Below, in pieces: positions 13,656 to 26,838 of a stretch of 64,000 nt of DNA. The translations under genes were made by a program, and so were the position numbers. Source of the DNA: Bigelowiella natans CCMP2755 (taxonomy: Eukaryota > Protista > Cercozoa); assembly GCA_000320545.1 (NCBI GenBank), contig ADNK01000981.1:1-64000 (forward strand), written 5' to 3'. Under the pieces are notes generated by a model that searched no databases, had not been told where the DNA came from, and was given only the letters and a program-made list of their open reading frames with translations. Positions within the stretch are counted from its first letter, which is position 1. Every line of letters starts with the position of its first letter.

Positions 13656-16600
13656 ATGTCGTCATCTAGTAAAACGCGCGTACCGACCGCCTCAACCGTA
13701 AGGAGGATGCGTCGTTATAAACGGTTTACGCATGATCAAATCCGAGCGAAGGTGGAGCAGCGCCGGGATGTCAAAGCATACCATGCACTTCTTATGGAGG
13801 CTGCCATTGATAAGGACGAAAGGGGAGTGGTGTTTGACTCACATCACCCGTCCTGGAAGAAGCTGAAGACACTCGTAATTTTTAATTAATTGAATTCAAC
13901 ATCATTATTCAACGCTAGGGTCTAGCAGAAGGTTCAAGCCCTCAATGAGGGGAACTTGTATCGGTAGTGGTGGTAGTAGTAACATCGTGGTATACGGTGC
14001 TGCATGCATTCATTTGTTACACAGTAGCGCTTCGTTGACGTTTGTTCTACACACAGGTGGTAGAGAAGGACCGACTTTCTGTGGGAGAAAGGGAGAGGCA
14101 ATTCCAAGAGGAGCTAAAAAAACAGAACCCAGATGTCTACACAATACGAGAGCTTTGTCGTCAAGGGGGAATACCCGCTAAACATAGAGGGCGTGTATGG
14201 ACTATTCTCTTAGAAGCGATTGCTGCACAAGCTCATTGCGGGAAGCCACAGGGAGATTTCTCTAAACTTCTCCCCCCGGACGATCCTGGCTTGCGTGTGA
14301 TAAGGGCTGATGTCAGTCGTACTTTTCCCCACAGTAAGATGTTTACGCGCCCAGAGGTCCAGCGACAACTCGAGACTATGCTCAGCACTTACTGCAGAGA
14401 ATATGGTGTACAGTACAAGCAGGGCATGAATTTCATATTCGCAGTGTTTTTCCAGGTCTTACTTTATCGAATTACATAGCAGCATAATGGGGGGGGGGGA
14501 GAATTGATGAAATTGATTCGCAAATTATACAACGAAAACACCGACATTTTGTACTGCGCTCTACTAATCATGCCACGGAATAACTACAACCAGCACCGAA
14601 TTGCTATTTGTCATCTTAGTCATACGCGCTTGGTGTGAGTCTGTCTGCTGTCTTTGTGAGCTATGACTAAATCGCTCTTTGATCAGATTGAGGACTTAAA
14701 AGAACCCGCAGCGCAGTATCATGCTGCTTGTTTATTCATGGAAACGATGACAGGAAGCACATTCAAAGACGGAGATTTTGGAGGGTGAGTTAGTTGTTGC
14801 AGTGCGAGTTCAGGCATACACAGATTATTGTCTATCTTTGGAAATAATATAGTGAGATGAATTTAAGTATTGCCACTGCTCTACTACAATAGAGATTGTC
14901 TCCGGAAATATCTTGCAAGGAAAGCAATGAATGAAAGGAGATAATAGTGTTTCTGCCCTGCGTAACCAAGTTGGCAGTAGTTGTCAGCTTTCTTGCTATA
15001 GAATGTGTAGTGTATACTACAACAACGACAACCTTTTTGAACCGTTGGGCATATCGTTGCTGTTGACTTTCGATAGTTTTCTTCTATTCTTTATCACAAT
15101 TATCATCGTTGTCTATTTTGCCAGGTTGCAGTCCGTCTTTCGCGTGTTTCGCTTGCTTTTATTGGTGCGTCGTACATCACAAATATGAGTACCACTTTGT
15201 CTGCAGAAAAACAAATCACATGCACACAGGATTTTAATGTGTTAATATTTTAATATATTATTGTGTCTTTGTTTGATGTTGATTTGATCTCATTTCGTCA
15301 GTATCACGACCCAGTATTATGCAACTTCCTTGACCAATATGATATTATCCCCGAGTTATATGCGAGCTCTTGGTACTACTTATTGCACAATACCTGCTGC
15401 TGCGAGATCAATTGATCGCACATCAAGATCATCACATGCCGAGCTGCTTTTCACTACTAGTTTATATTATTATAAAACGAACGATTGGCCTCCATACATG
15501 GCTGCTATTGTGCAGCAAGAAGGAAGAAAACCTATTAAAATATCTTTCGAGTATTTACACAATTCTCTTAATTTGAATTCTGATCTTATTCTCCCCAGTA
15601 AATAAAATGCAATGTAATGATTGCCCCTCTTCCTTCGCTCATTGACATCTCTCCCCATATCATCAGTATCTATCATCATCTTCATTCTAGGTTCATCACG
15701 TTGCACGCGAATAGGATGCCATTAAATATGCTTTTTGAGCTGTGGGATTATTTGTTGCTGGATCGCTTGGAGCATCGATTCTTGCATATTTTTGTATCTC
15801 TCGGGTTGATGATAAAGCGACGAAAACCTATTCTGAGAGAAGAGTAAGTAGTAGCAGTAGCAGGAGTAGCAGTAAGATTTCTTTACACGTATTTTGGTTT
15901 TGTTTTGTCGTAGAGATGAAGAATGTAGCGAATATAGATATTCTCCCCTCCTCTTCTTGCTGCATCATCAATATTGTGATAATCATCACTATCATCATCA
16001 TCTTGTTCTTCTTCTCATTATTGCTATAATAATAACCTAGGGTCATGAGTTTACCAGAACGCCTCTCGAGACTTGCTATTCAGGAGGGAGAGGTAGAAGG
16101 ATTAAAGGGAGGTGTTGCAGTTGTGTGTGCGTGTGTGTGTGTTGGTGCAAGGAAATAGCATAATCTGTGCGATTTGTCTTTGTTTTTGTTTGTTTGTTGA
16201 CGATTTTTCTAAATACTTTGTGCTGCTGCACCAATTGATTACATCTCCCTTCAGGTTGAAGAGCTGGTCTTATCCGCTCGGAAAAAGTATTGTTCTTTGC
16301 ATTATTGCTTCTCCCTCCTCCTCCTATATGATTGATTTTTGCGGCTAATAGAGAGTATAAGCAGAGCTTCAAATATTCCTTTTCTCATTTCTCTCACTCC
16401 TCTCTTACCCTGTTCTAATCCTTTTCTAATTCCTCCTCCTCCTCCTCCTCCTCCTCCTCCTCCTCCTCCACCTCCTCCTCCTCCTCCTCCTCTTAGATAT
16501 CGTCCATGCTCTCCGCAATCTGTACGTGTACAGCTCATGTCGATTGCAGCCCGCCCCACCAGTGTATCCTCTCCTGAATATAAGGTGGTATTGGCGAGGG

Positions 16601-17207
16601 GGGGGGGGGCGGGATAAACATGATGTCATCATGATGCTGCTTACTACTGCATTTTGTTGACTTTTCAATCGCTAATATTCCAAATATCCGTCTTGTTTAT
16701 CGACGTCATCAACGTCAACTTAGTTGCTGGAAAGCATGCATTGCTTGATGGTCTCGGCTGATGAAGTTGCTGCTTCATACTTTGAAGAAGACCGGAAACA
16801 ACATCATAAAAGATCCTCTTCCTCTCCACGATTATTAAACGCTGCAGTAGTTGGGGGGGATAGACGGGCAGCGACAGAGCTGAATCAGGGATTTGGTTCA
16901 GTCAAGTATTTCGTGCTTGATTGTCGGCCTGAGGTACTACTTCTAGCACCATCAACCAGCATTGCCAGCATTTTAGTTACTAGATCGTTGCATATTCACC
17001 ACAAGTACATATCCTTTTGAAATATGTTTTGCTCACTCTGAATATTCCTCTGTGTTTCTTCTTTTTCTTTTTCTTCTTCTTCGTCTTCGTCATCGCCTCT
17101 ATGTGATGATGATAGGAGGAATATAGAAATGGCCACTTGGCATGTGCATACCATCTGGATCCGAACTTGCTCTTTGAGCCAAAGGAAAAGATCAAAAAAG
17201 TATTTAA

Positions 17208-17241
<34 letters not shown>

Positions 17242-18266
17242 CGTAGTAGTCGTAGTAGTAGTACCAATACTTGCAAAATAAAACACATCAATGATAGCAA
17301 CTGCCTGATATTTGTATCACCATAATAAGAGGATATTAGCAAAAACAATACAGTCCAACTGTGCTTCATCCCAGCATTAATAGCACCATCAACAATGAAT
17401 GAAGAAAATGTCTTTGTGAAAGAAATAATGTCATAATCTTGGTTTCTCCTCTCTTCTTCCGGTTATCTGTTATCTATATATGTAGGTAGCACAAGATTTG
17501 GCAGCGATGCGAGGATGCCATTTCTGCTTGTGCTCGGATCAACCACCTCCTTCAAGAAACGACTCACTCTGCACTCTCCTTATCCTTCATTTCTTACAAA
17601 AGGTAGCTTCTAGCTATAGTAGTAGTTGTAGTAGTAGTAGTAGTCGTAGTAGTAGCGGGGTACATGAAGAGTTAATAGCAATGCAACTAGTTGTAGCAGC
17701 AGTAGTTTAAAATGTTGTTTCTACTACTCTGATGAAGAATAAGAGCATTGCTGAGTGCCGATGTATGTTTTTCTCACCCAGTAGTGTGCATCGCTTGAGT
17801 ACCGAACAACTCCTCCTCAATTCCCCCTCATTTGATTGTTATTACCGATTGATAATGTGGTATAATATGGCCTTTAAGGAGCTCAAATTCATCAGTCGGT
17901 TAGATGGTGGTTACGCAGCGCTGCACGATGCTATAGGAAGACGTTGGCAGAAACAGCAGCAGCAGCAACAAGCAATGAGAAGGATCAACCATATCAAAGG
18001 GGGGGCAGTTACAGACAATACGTCCAGTCTCTCCTCCCCCTCCTCCTCCTCACTATCATCGTCATCGTACATTCCTCCTATCATTCCTCTGCCCGGAAGC
18101 GGAGCATTCGAGCTGTTAGTAGATCACGATTCAGAGAAGTGCTTAGAGTGCGTTAAATTAAAGGCGAACATGGGTCGTGGTAGGGTGGGGGTGGGGGCTG
18201 ATAGAAACCGTCGAGTGGGAGGCAGAAAGTTCTTTGGTATGCTACAAACAAGGTAGTAGTAAGTAG

Positions 18267-18303
<37 letters not shown>

Positions 18304-18393
18304 ACTTAGTGATGATGAGAATGATGATATGATTAATGAAAGAAGGTGAAGAAGGGGGTTTCCGTAACGAATATTCTAATCTTATAACTCAAG

Positions 18394-18481
<88 letters not shown>

Positions 18482-19974
18482 ACAATATCCATACAGGCTG
18501 ACAGATATGCTCTTTGGAGTAGCACCTGGGGCAATGCCCTCCTCCTCTTCGTCCACCATACATGGAGAAGGAAAAGAAACAGTAAATGGACAAATAGGAG
18601 GAGGAGAAGGAGGAAAGTCGAAGAATATTGGAGGAAGGATACCATCCTCCTCTAAAGACAAAGCGCCGGGAGAGTCACTCTCTTCTAGGCAGATAGGAAA
18701 GGGAGGAGGGGGAGATGCAACAACAGCGAAGAAGACTGAGCGTTCTTATTCATCTGCGCTTTCTGCTGGGGGAATACGAATCTTAGCATCACCATCCTAT
18801 ACCAAACCTAGGAGGAGGGGCAAGAGAATAATACGAGGAGGGGGAGGAGGCGGCGGTGGGGGGGGGGAGAGCAAGGGAATGGGGGCTGGACTGCGAGTGC
18901 TGTTGACAACGCTTAGAGAGATCAAGACAATGAGCCCTTGCTTGCGAGCTGCCATCCATCGAGTCACAGAGCATCTAGTTGATGCTGCATTTGATATGGT
19001 GGTGAAAGGAGCAGCCCTCCCAGCTGGATGGGAGACTGATAACCAACCGCATGTTGTTGGCGCTATTGTCAAAAAAACGGATAGTTTTCTCATTGAGAGG
19101 GCCTTGGAAGCGTATGCTCGGGTGACTAGAGGACAACTCGCTCGTTTTCGGTCACAAATAAATTTAGGGAAAATAAAGATGAAGTGCAGCAATTTTGTTG
19201 TTGTTGTTGTTGTTAGCTTGGTTGCACTTCAGCAGCACGCATTGAATAATATTGACAACTGTTAAACGCTAACAACAACAACAACAACAACAACAATAGG
19301 CCTGGAGGTAGCGCAGCAAAAGCTGCTGCTGGGCGATGGGGAGGGGGGGGCACCGAACGAAGGATGATGATTCGTGAGAACAATGCCTTCGATCAAGGAG
19401 GAGGATTTGGCGACACCTTGCCCCCAACATTTGGTACTAGTACTATTACTACTAGTACAATTTAACTACGATGATGATGATGATGATGATGATGATGACG
19501 CATAACATTCGATGATGCCTGATGATCGGCGGGGTTAGAAAGGCCAATTACCTCATTGGTATATTTTCCTTGTCTTCTTCACCCCTCTCTAATCATACAT
19601 AACGGCGAAGAATTTATCACAAATCACGTCATTCTACGCATTACAATGATGAGTCTGATGATGAGTCTGATGGCGTGCACAACGAAAATGCCTACATTTC
19701 CATCAAAAGCGCGCATTATAACAGGAAAAAACATATATAATTTATTCAAGTGACAGGGGAAATTCTGTGATTCTAATTCGAAAGACATCTTCCATCCATT
19801 CATCAACTACACATAATATTACCACCACAATTACAAGCAACAATAGCATCATATTATTCTTGCGACTGACTATTCCTTTTGTCTAATGTCAGACGATGCA
19901 GAAGGACCATCGCTTGTGCTGCTTTTCGTTGTAAATGCAACGTTTTCCGAGGAGCTGGTAGAATAAATACTAAT

Positions 19975-20016
<42 letters not shown>

Positions 20017-20789
20017 GCGGTGATGATGATGATGATGATGATGATTCTGGAAGACTTTGCCAAAGAAAAGGGCGATTAACAACTACTTACAGTGAAATCA
20101 ATGCATCGGTGATAAAAATGCTCGGTGGCTATCTTCGTCTCCTAAAGAAAGTTTATTGTTCGAAATAACGTGTTTCTTCTATGTTTATTGTAAGGCTCAG
20201 TCAGTTGCAGATTTGGCTGCGAGAGGGGCAGAGGCTTGTCTTTTGACGTTTGTAGTGTCAAAGACAACGATGGGAAGATTACTGGTGAGTGAGTGAGAAA
20301 AAGTGGATATCATCATCATCATCATCATATTTCAAAACATATAATGTGGACTGATATGGAGAAAAGGGAGAGGTGGAGGGAGAGAGGGAGGTTTTTACCT
20401 TCAATGGCGTACTGCCTGAAGTCTCTCAATTTCCCCTTTAATATACACGCTGAACAACCTCACATTCTTCTCTGCCCATATCATTAACCAATCGCATAAA
20501 TAATACCATACATCATATCACACAGCTCTTGCACCCTGGCCTCAAAATCGTAACGGCTACTGTGCAGCAGCCTACCAGTGGCGATGAAGGGGGAAATGGT
20601 GATAAACACAGCAGCAGCAACGACGACGAGAACAAGATGGCAGCGCTGCCCATCATCCGTTTGGAACGTTTAGTGGCCGAAGCAGCACGCGAGTCTGATT
20701 CACAAAATCGGAACAGCAGCAGCAGTGTAGTAGGCAGACTAATCAACCACGAAAATAAGCTTGGAGACGCAACACTAGCAACGACTTAA
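13656..20789 (+). CDS. TBC1D23: TBC (Rab-GAP) + rhodanese-like domain protein, TBC1D23-like, multi-exon
   Basis: GGIPAKHRGRVWTILL, IRADVSRTFP, YKQGMN, YHDPVLCNFLDQYDIIPELYASSWFITL; rhodanese-like YFVLDCRPEEEYRNGHLACAYHLDPNLL and LDGGYAALHD; LVDHDSEKCLEC. No N-terminal kinase-like domain, so not TBCK. C-terminal exons less certain. Confidence 0.82.
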
Positions 20790-21754
20790 AAAAAGGGGTC
20801 GGCCCATCGTCTCACCGTACTTGCAAATGTGGAAATCTTCACGCGTAGCGATAATGTGTGGGCATGCATTGGTTTCATCATCTAATTTATTACAGTAACA
20901 ACTTCAAAAATGAATTATCACTTAATGAACGAGCTGCTGCGTTCATGGTACGACGTGATAAGCTAGGCGTACAGTTTGCAAGCCACAATTGCACGTACAC
21001 GTGCTCCGTGCATTAGTCGCTTTGTTCAATTTGCCACGCTCTGATGCCTAGCAAATGGCCGAGTCAGCGTCTTCCATGTGCGTGGAGCATGTGTGCTCGA
21101 GCACACATGTGTACTGTTGCCGCATAGTTCATCATGACAACATGGATGCATTATTTGACACATCGCCTGCATCCTGGCTATAGCTGGGCCGTGCTAACGT
21201 GCATCTGTATCATTGAACATGCCACACGTTAAGTAAGGCACATGCAGGGGTCGTCTATGCCTAGCTAGCTAGATGCTTGCATGCGATTACCTGCATCGCA
21301 TGGCTATTTTCGACAAGGCTGTCATTAGCTAGTTCGTCAACGAGCGTAGTCGTGATTGCTGCAGCAGAATCAATTGTGCAAGAAACGCTGATAAAGAAAG
21401 AAATGTGGATGCAGGCATGTTCACTTCCATGTCACTTGAGCGAGAGAGCATACTTTGCTTAGGCAACACTCGCATGATTATTGTCGTCGGCATCAACGCT
21501 TTGTTGCATCGTTGCTGATTACTGCTGCTACATGAAGTATTTTCGACGTACAATGCTCTGCCGCGATGATCTCACACAATAAATGCATCATGTTTTACAT
21601 TAATGTCCAATAATAGCAGCCTGTTAATCGACGACACATTCGTCCCCTCCCTTGAGGGACGCAAGATATGTTGCAAATCAAGAGTATAGTGGATCTCCGC
21701 TCATATTTCTGTTCCCCCACGAACTCGGTTCTTCGTAATATATATTGTTCTTCT

Positions 21755-24069
21755 CTATTTACCATTCGTATTCACCAGCAGTTGCAAATCCACCTCCCTC
21801 GGCATCTTCTCAAATTTCGTATTGTAGTACTGAATGAATGGAAACAACAAAACCGATTTTTTCAGAAAGCCGGATTGTATTAAAGGGGGAGGGGGAGAGG
21901 AGGAGAATTTCCGATTCGAAATCCATTAGTACGCGAGACAAGTGAGCATAATAAATGAGCCATAATAACATCCCACCTTCTCTATCTCGTCCATGACTTC
22001 TGAGTCTCTCCCTGTCACGAAATTTATAGCAACACCCTAATAAAAATAATAGCAGCGTAACCCAACATTAGAGCTGCGACCAAGCCTTCACTCCCTGTTC
22101 TCTGTTTTAAATGTGCTATGCTTCATTAAAACAAACAACAAAGAAAAGACGTGAGCATAATCACAAATATTTTCTTCTTTCTTTTTATCATCATTGTCTT
22201 TTTGCTTCTTCTCCATGATGTCTTCTGTCCCAAAATCATCATTATCATCATCATCATCATCATCATTATCATCATCAATTGAGAAGCTGATATTGTTTGA
22301 TATATGTCGTGTTCTGAACGAGCACCTTCCTTCCAAAACGGCCACATCGCCCCACACGATGCAAGTAGTTCTCCATGTGTCTCGGAAGATCATAGTTTAC
22401 AACCTGGAGGTGGGCCGTGGTGAAAATAGCAGCAGCACGAGAAAAAGGAGGAGGAAAATGAAGAAAACATTATTTGCTGTCAACTATTCTCTAGTAGCGT
22501 AAAAATGAGGCATGGAGCTGTAAAAAGCCGAAAACAATTATGCTTGTTTGTCGCTCATGTATGAAAATTAGTGCAGCGATGTATTGTTTGCTCTGCCACA
22601 CCGACTCCTCCTTCTGTCACGTTTGCTTAATAACAAAGCGTCATCTAAAGCCGCTCATACATTATTTATAATTCTTGTTTTGTTTTTTGAGAAAAATAGG
22701 TAGATAGGGTTTGATGATGCGTGTTGTTGTATATCATTTGTAGTAACATTTCTCGCTGCTAATCATGAACTACAACCGTTGTGACGGTTTGAACGTCAAT
22801 TCCACGGGCTAGTAAGTCACTTGATATCAAGACGCGAGTCTCTCCCTTTCGAAACTTGCTAATTATCTTCTCTCTATCACGTGGCAGCATCTCTCCGTGG
22901 ATAGAAGCTACAGCATAACTGAATTTAATAACGAATCAAAAACAGTAAATAAGACAAAATTTCGCCGTACGCTCAGAATAATGATGTCACACCACCAGAA
23001 AGTGCTAATCTGCCATGACTCTTGGTTGATTGTTTTCTATCGATAGGCTTTATAACACTTTCTTGCCAATATTTTGTTGTCATCGTTTCCTCCTCCTCCT
23101 CCCCCTTCTCCTATGTTGGATCATGCTTACTCGTTGTCGTTGAGGGACTGAGTGAGTTGGTCCACACCCCTCCTCGATCTACAGAATATTATCGTTTGGC
23201 AGCCCGCTCCTAACTGCACACATGCCAACGAACGAGGGAGAACAAACAAGAAGAAGAAGAAGAAGAAGAAGGACTCAGCTGGTGTTGTGGGCAACAGAAC
23301 TCATGGCTGCTGCAATTATCATATTATTATTTACTATCCTCCGTGTTATATTGAGAACATCACTTCATTTAAGCAGATACCTGCGAGAAGACAAAACTGC
23401 TGGGTGCTAATGTTACCAGTACTACAACAACTAGTAGTTGTATTATTATTATTATTAGTAGTAGTAGTAGTAGTAGCATGAGTACCTGGTCATGCAAGTC
23501 GCAGAGAGTATCGAATTTGTCCATATCAGTTTCAAGCGGAACGTAGAACTGACGAATGCCCTGAAGAGAAAAACGCGGAAAAATGTAAAAAATATAGATA
23601 ATAGTAATAATAATAATAAGATGATGATGATGATGAGCAGGAGATGAAAGAGGAGGAAGTTCCATCCACCTATCAACCGGAGTCATGATCTAGAAATAAC
23701 ATTTCAACGACGATTCTTCTGTACTATTTACTTCTCTAAGGTAATAATCACTGAAACAATCCCCCATCATATTATTGCGCATCGATGATAAAAAAACTAC
23801 TACAGACAATGAAGACAAAGAGAGGAATCTGAGGTCATTTACCCCTTTAATTGCCTCCTTAAGTTGTTGATAATACTATTGTTGTGCTTCTTCTTACTTA
23901 CTTACCGCAAGAGTGAGAAGGTCTCTTTTGACCCTTATTTGGATTGGATCTCGCAGCAGCTCTGCCACTACCTCCTTAAGTTCGTCGGGGATCGTAGCAG
24001 AGAATAGTGCAACCTGCACATACATCATAATGGGGTTAGAAATAATGTTTCAGAGTCATAATTATCACC

Positions 24070-24103
<34 letters not shown>

Positions 24104-25411
24104 CACCTGTGCGTCCTGTCGTAAGTACTGCATGACTTCGTACATGTCATCTCGAAATCCAGTCGAGAGCATCTCATCCGCCTCGTCGAGCACTATCACC
24201 TTTATGTTACTAGCCTGGAGGGGGGGGGGGAGGGGAAGAAGAAGAAAAAGAAAGCAGCTGAAAGTAAGAATAGCGTCGGTCTAACTTCAGTAGGAGGGTG
24301 TGCATGCACATGAAAGTTGTAGCAACCGTCATCATCATCATCATCAATCATCATCATCATCAATCATCACCATCATCAATCATCACCATCATCAATCATC
24401 ACCTTCAAGCAGCCCCTCTTAAGCATATCTATAACGCGGCCAGGAGTCCCGACAACAACTTCCGCTGATTCATTAACAAAGTACCAGGTTTAGATGATGC
24501 TCATGTTATGTGTTTTCTAACACTGTGTTTGCCGTGCGTTTCGGGGCAAAAGTCATCATTGCCTGATATATCAGCACTTCTACTACTACTACTTCAGATT
24601 TGATCAGGTGTTGGGATATCGGAGTCTATTGCATCTTCATGCACAAATGAGACATCTATATGGTGTACAACAACTGGCTTTATTTACATACATAACATCA
24701 ACTGACCTCCTGCTCTCAATGCACTCATATCCGCACCAAGACTCTAAACGATATGGCATAATATGAATCATCTTGTGTTGTTGTTGTTGTTGTTGTTGCT
24801 GCTGCCGCTGCTGTCCTCCCCATGGTGAATAGTTCATTTCACATCAATGTTAGTAGTAGTAGTAGTAGTAGTAGTAGTAGCTATATTTTCCATCATATTT
24901 GGCATAACAGTGCAATCCTCTTCCTCCTTCTCTATTATATATACATGCTTACACGAATGTTACTACCTCGCCTCCTGCTGATAAATGAACCTTTATCCCC
25001 ATGTACTGGCCAATGCATTTCATAACTTTTTGCGTTTGTTGGGCCTATGAAGGCGAGTGCAGTGGAGGAGAACAGATAAGGAAATCATCATAACGATATA
25101 GTAGGGTAATTCTCATTCTATCAAACATTTTGTTTAAAGCCCTGTAAGTTGGATATTCTAATCTTGAAGCCATCATTATTATCATCATCCACCTCTCTTC
25201 ATCATGTACATGATATAATAGGAAAGCAGGATATTCACCAGGTGCTGTGTGGGAGAGAGAATCAAGGCTTGCGTCGAGCCGATCATAGAAGTGTTGACTC
25301 TTTGTAATGTTCCAATCACGAATGCCCCTGTCTTTCCTGAAAGTATATTATAGTTCACATCAACGGTGGCCCTCGTAGTAGTGACTTATTGCCATTGCGT
25401 GTTACTTACTG

Positions 25412-25444
<33 letters not shown>

Positions 25445-26508
25445 TCGAGGTCGACTACTTATAAAAGATAATAATATGAAATCTTGAATCATCGATGATG
25501 ATAAAAGGTATGACGACGAACAAGAGTATTATTCTTTTAATGTGTACATGCTCAAGTAGCCATATAGAGGAACAAGAAGCATTATACGATTTCCTCTGTT
25601 ATCGTCCACTATATGCCCCCCCCCACCACCTGCACCACCTTACCAATGTTATTATCATCAAGATATTATAACCTGTTCCACTCTGAGACTGAGCGAGGAT
25701 GTCATGACCATCTCGCATCGGCACAATAGCCTTCTGCTGGATTAACGACGGCTACATACAGATAGAGACGACGACGCAAATGATTCAAAATTAAAGAATA
25801 AACTGCTTCTGACCACTACTTTAAACATGTGCACTACTAATTAATTTTACGGGGATATGGTAATAAGAACAAGCAGTTCTGGTTGAAAATGTAAAAATCA
25901 AAGAGACGTAGATGTCGAAAATTATGGTGGTATAGTAGTACCTTTAAGAAACCATAGTCAAATATTCCTCTCATGAGATCCTCCTGATTATAGTTAATGT
26001 AGTTACACATCACCACACGCATTGGCGTGCACATAGCGCTTATTCGTATCGTATTCGGTGGAGGAAAATGAAGATTATAAAAAACCTTTAACCCCATCTT
26101 CTCGAAGCTTTCATATCGGGGGACTTTCTTCTTCGGTGCTGCTGCTACTCCTTTGGACTTTACGCCGTCGTTTGGTTTGGTGTGCTCTCCGGACAAAGCT
26201 AGTTGCTCAATACCCTCCGCTAAAGAGTCACGACTTGATCCACCCAGTAATCTTTGGATCATCATCATAGACGGTGGTACTACGCGCCCCCCCCTCCCTA
26301 ATGATTCCTTGTTTGCACACATGATACCTGCTGGTACTGCTGCCTCTCTACTATTTCCATTTCCCTCGCGCAGTTGCCGCAGCTTCGAGGCTGAAGGTGG
26401 AAAGCAAAGTACCACTCCTATTGAAAAGCACACCAGCCCATTTCTAGCCAGCGAGAACAAGCGGCGGCGGCTATGCGCCCCTCCGCGGTGGTAGGCGCCG
26501 TGGTGCAT
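21755..26508 (-). CDS. EIF4A: eIF4A-family DEAD-box RNA helicase with ~125 aa N-terminal extension, multi-exon
   Basis: Q motif SFEKMGLK|[14 protein letters not shown]|[51 protein letters not shown]...[15 protein letters not shown]|[18 protein letters not shown]. Confidence 0.9.
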
Positions 26509-26838
26509 TTCTCACGGGAGGAGGAGAAGGAAAATGTTGTAAGTGTTGTTAAAAATGATCCTTTTCGCTTATTTTTCATGCTGAAAATATCGAAGGATAT
26601 TACGCCATACTTTTTAATGTGAATTCCAAACATGAGACAAGGGTTTAATCACGTCTTAAGGTATAAATGGATTGGGTTTTTGTATTAAAAAGATCGACGC
26701 TGATTGTATCAGACATTCCAGGAGCGCTCCCTCCTCCCTCGGAATGTTCGCCCAATTCAGTAATATACATGTATCCCAATAGAAAAACCCATTTATGATT
26801 TGCAAACCAACACCAAGTTGTTACTTCATGACCTGCAC

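Noticed and set aside
22330-22365. Apparent frameshift in eIF4A motif VI
   Set aside because: Recounting the G run gives an intact [12 protein letters not shown].
24330-24402. 16-bp repeat atcatcaatcatcacc x3 resembling a spaced array
   Set aside because: Higher-order derivative of a (CAT)n microsatellite in an eIF4A intron; no spacers, not CRISPR.
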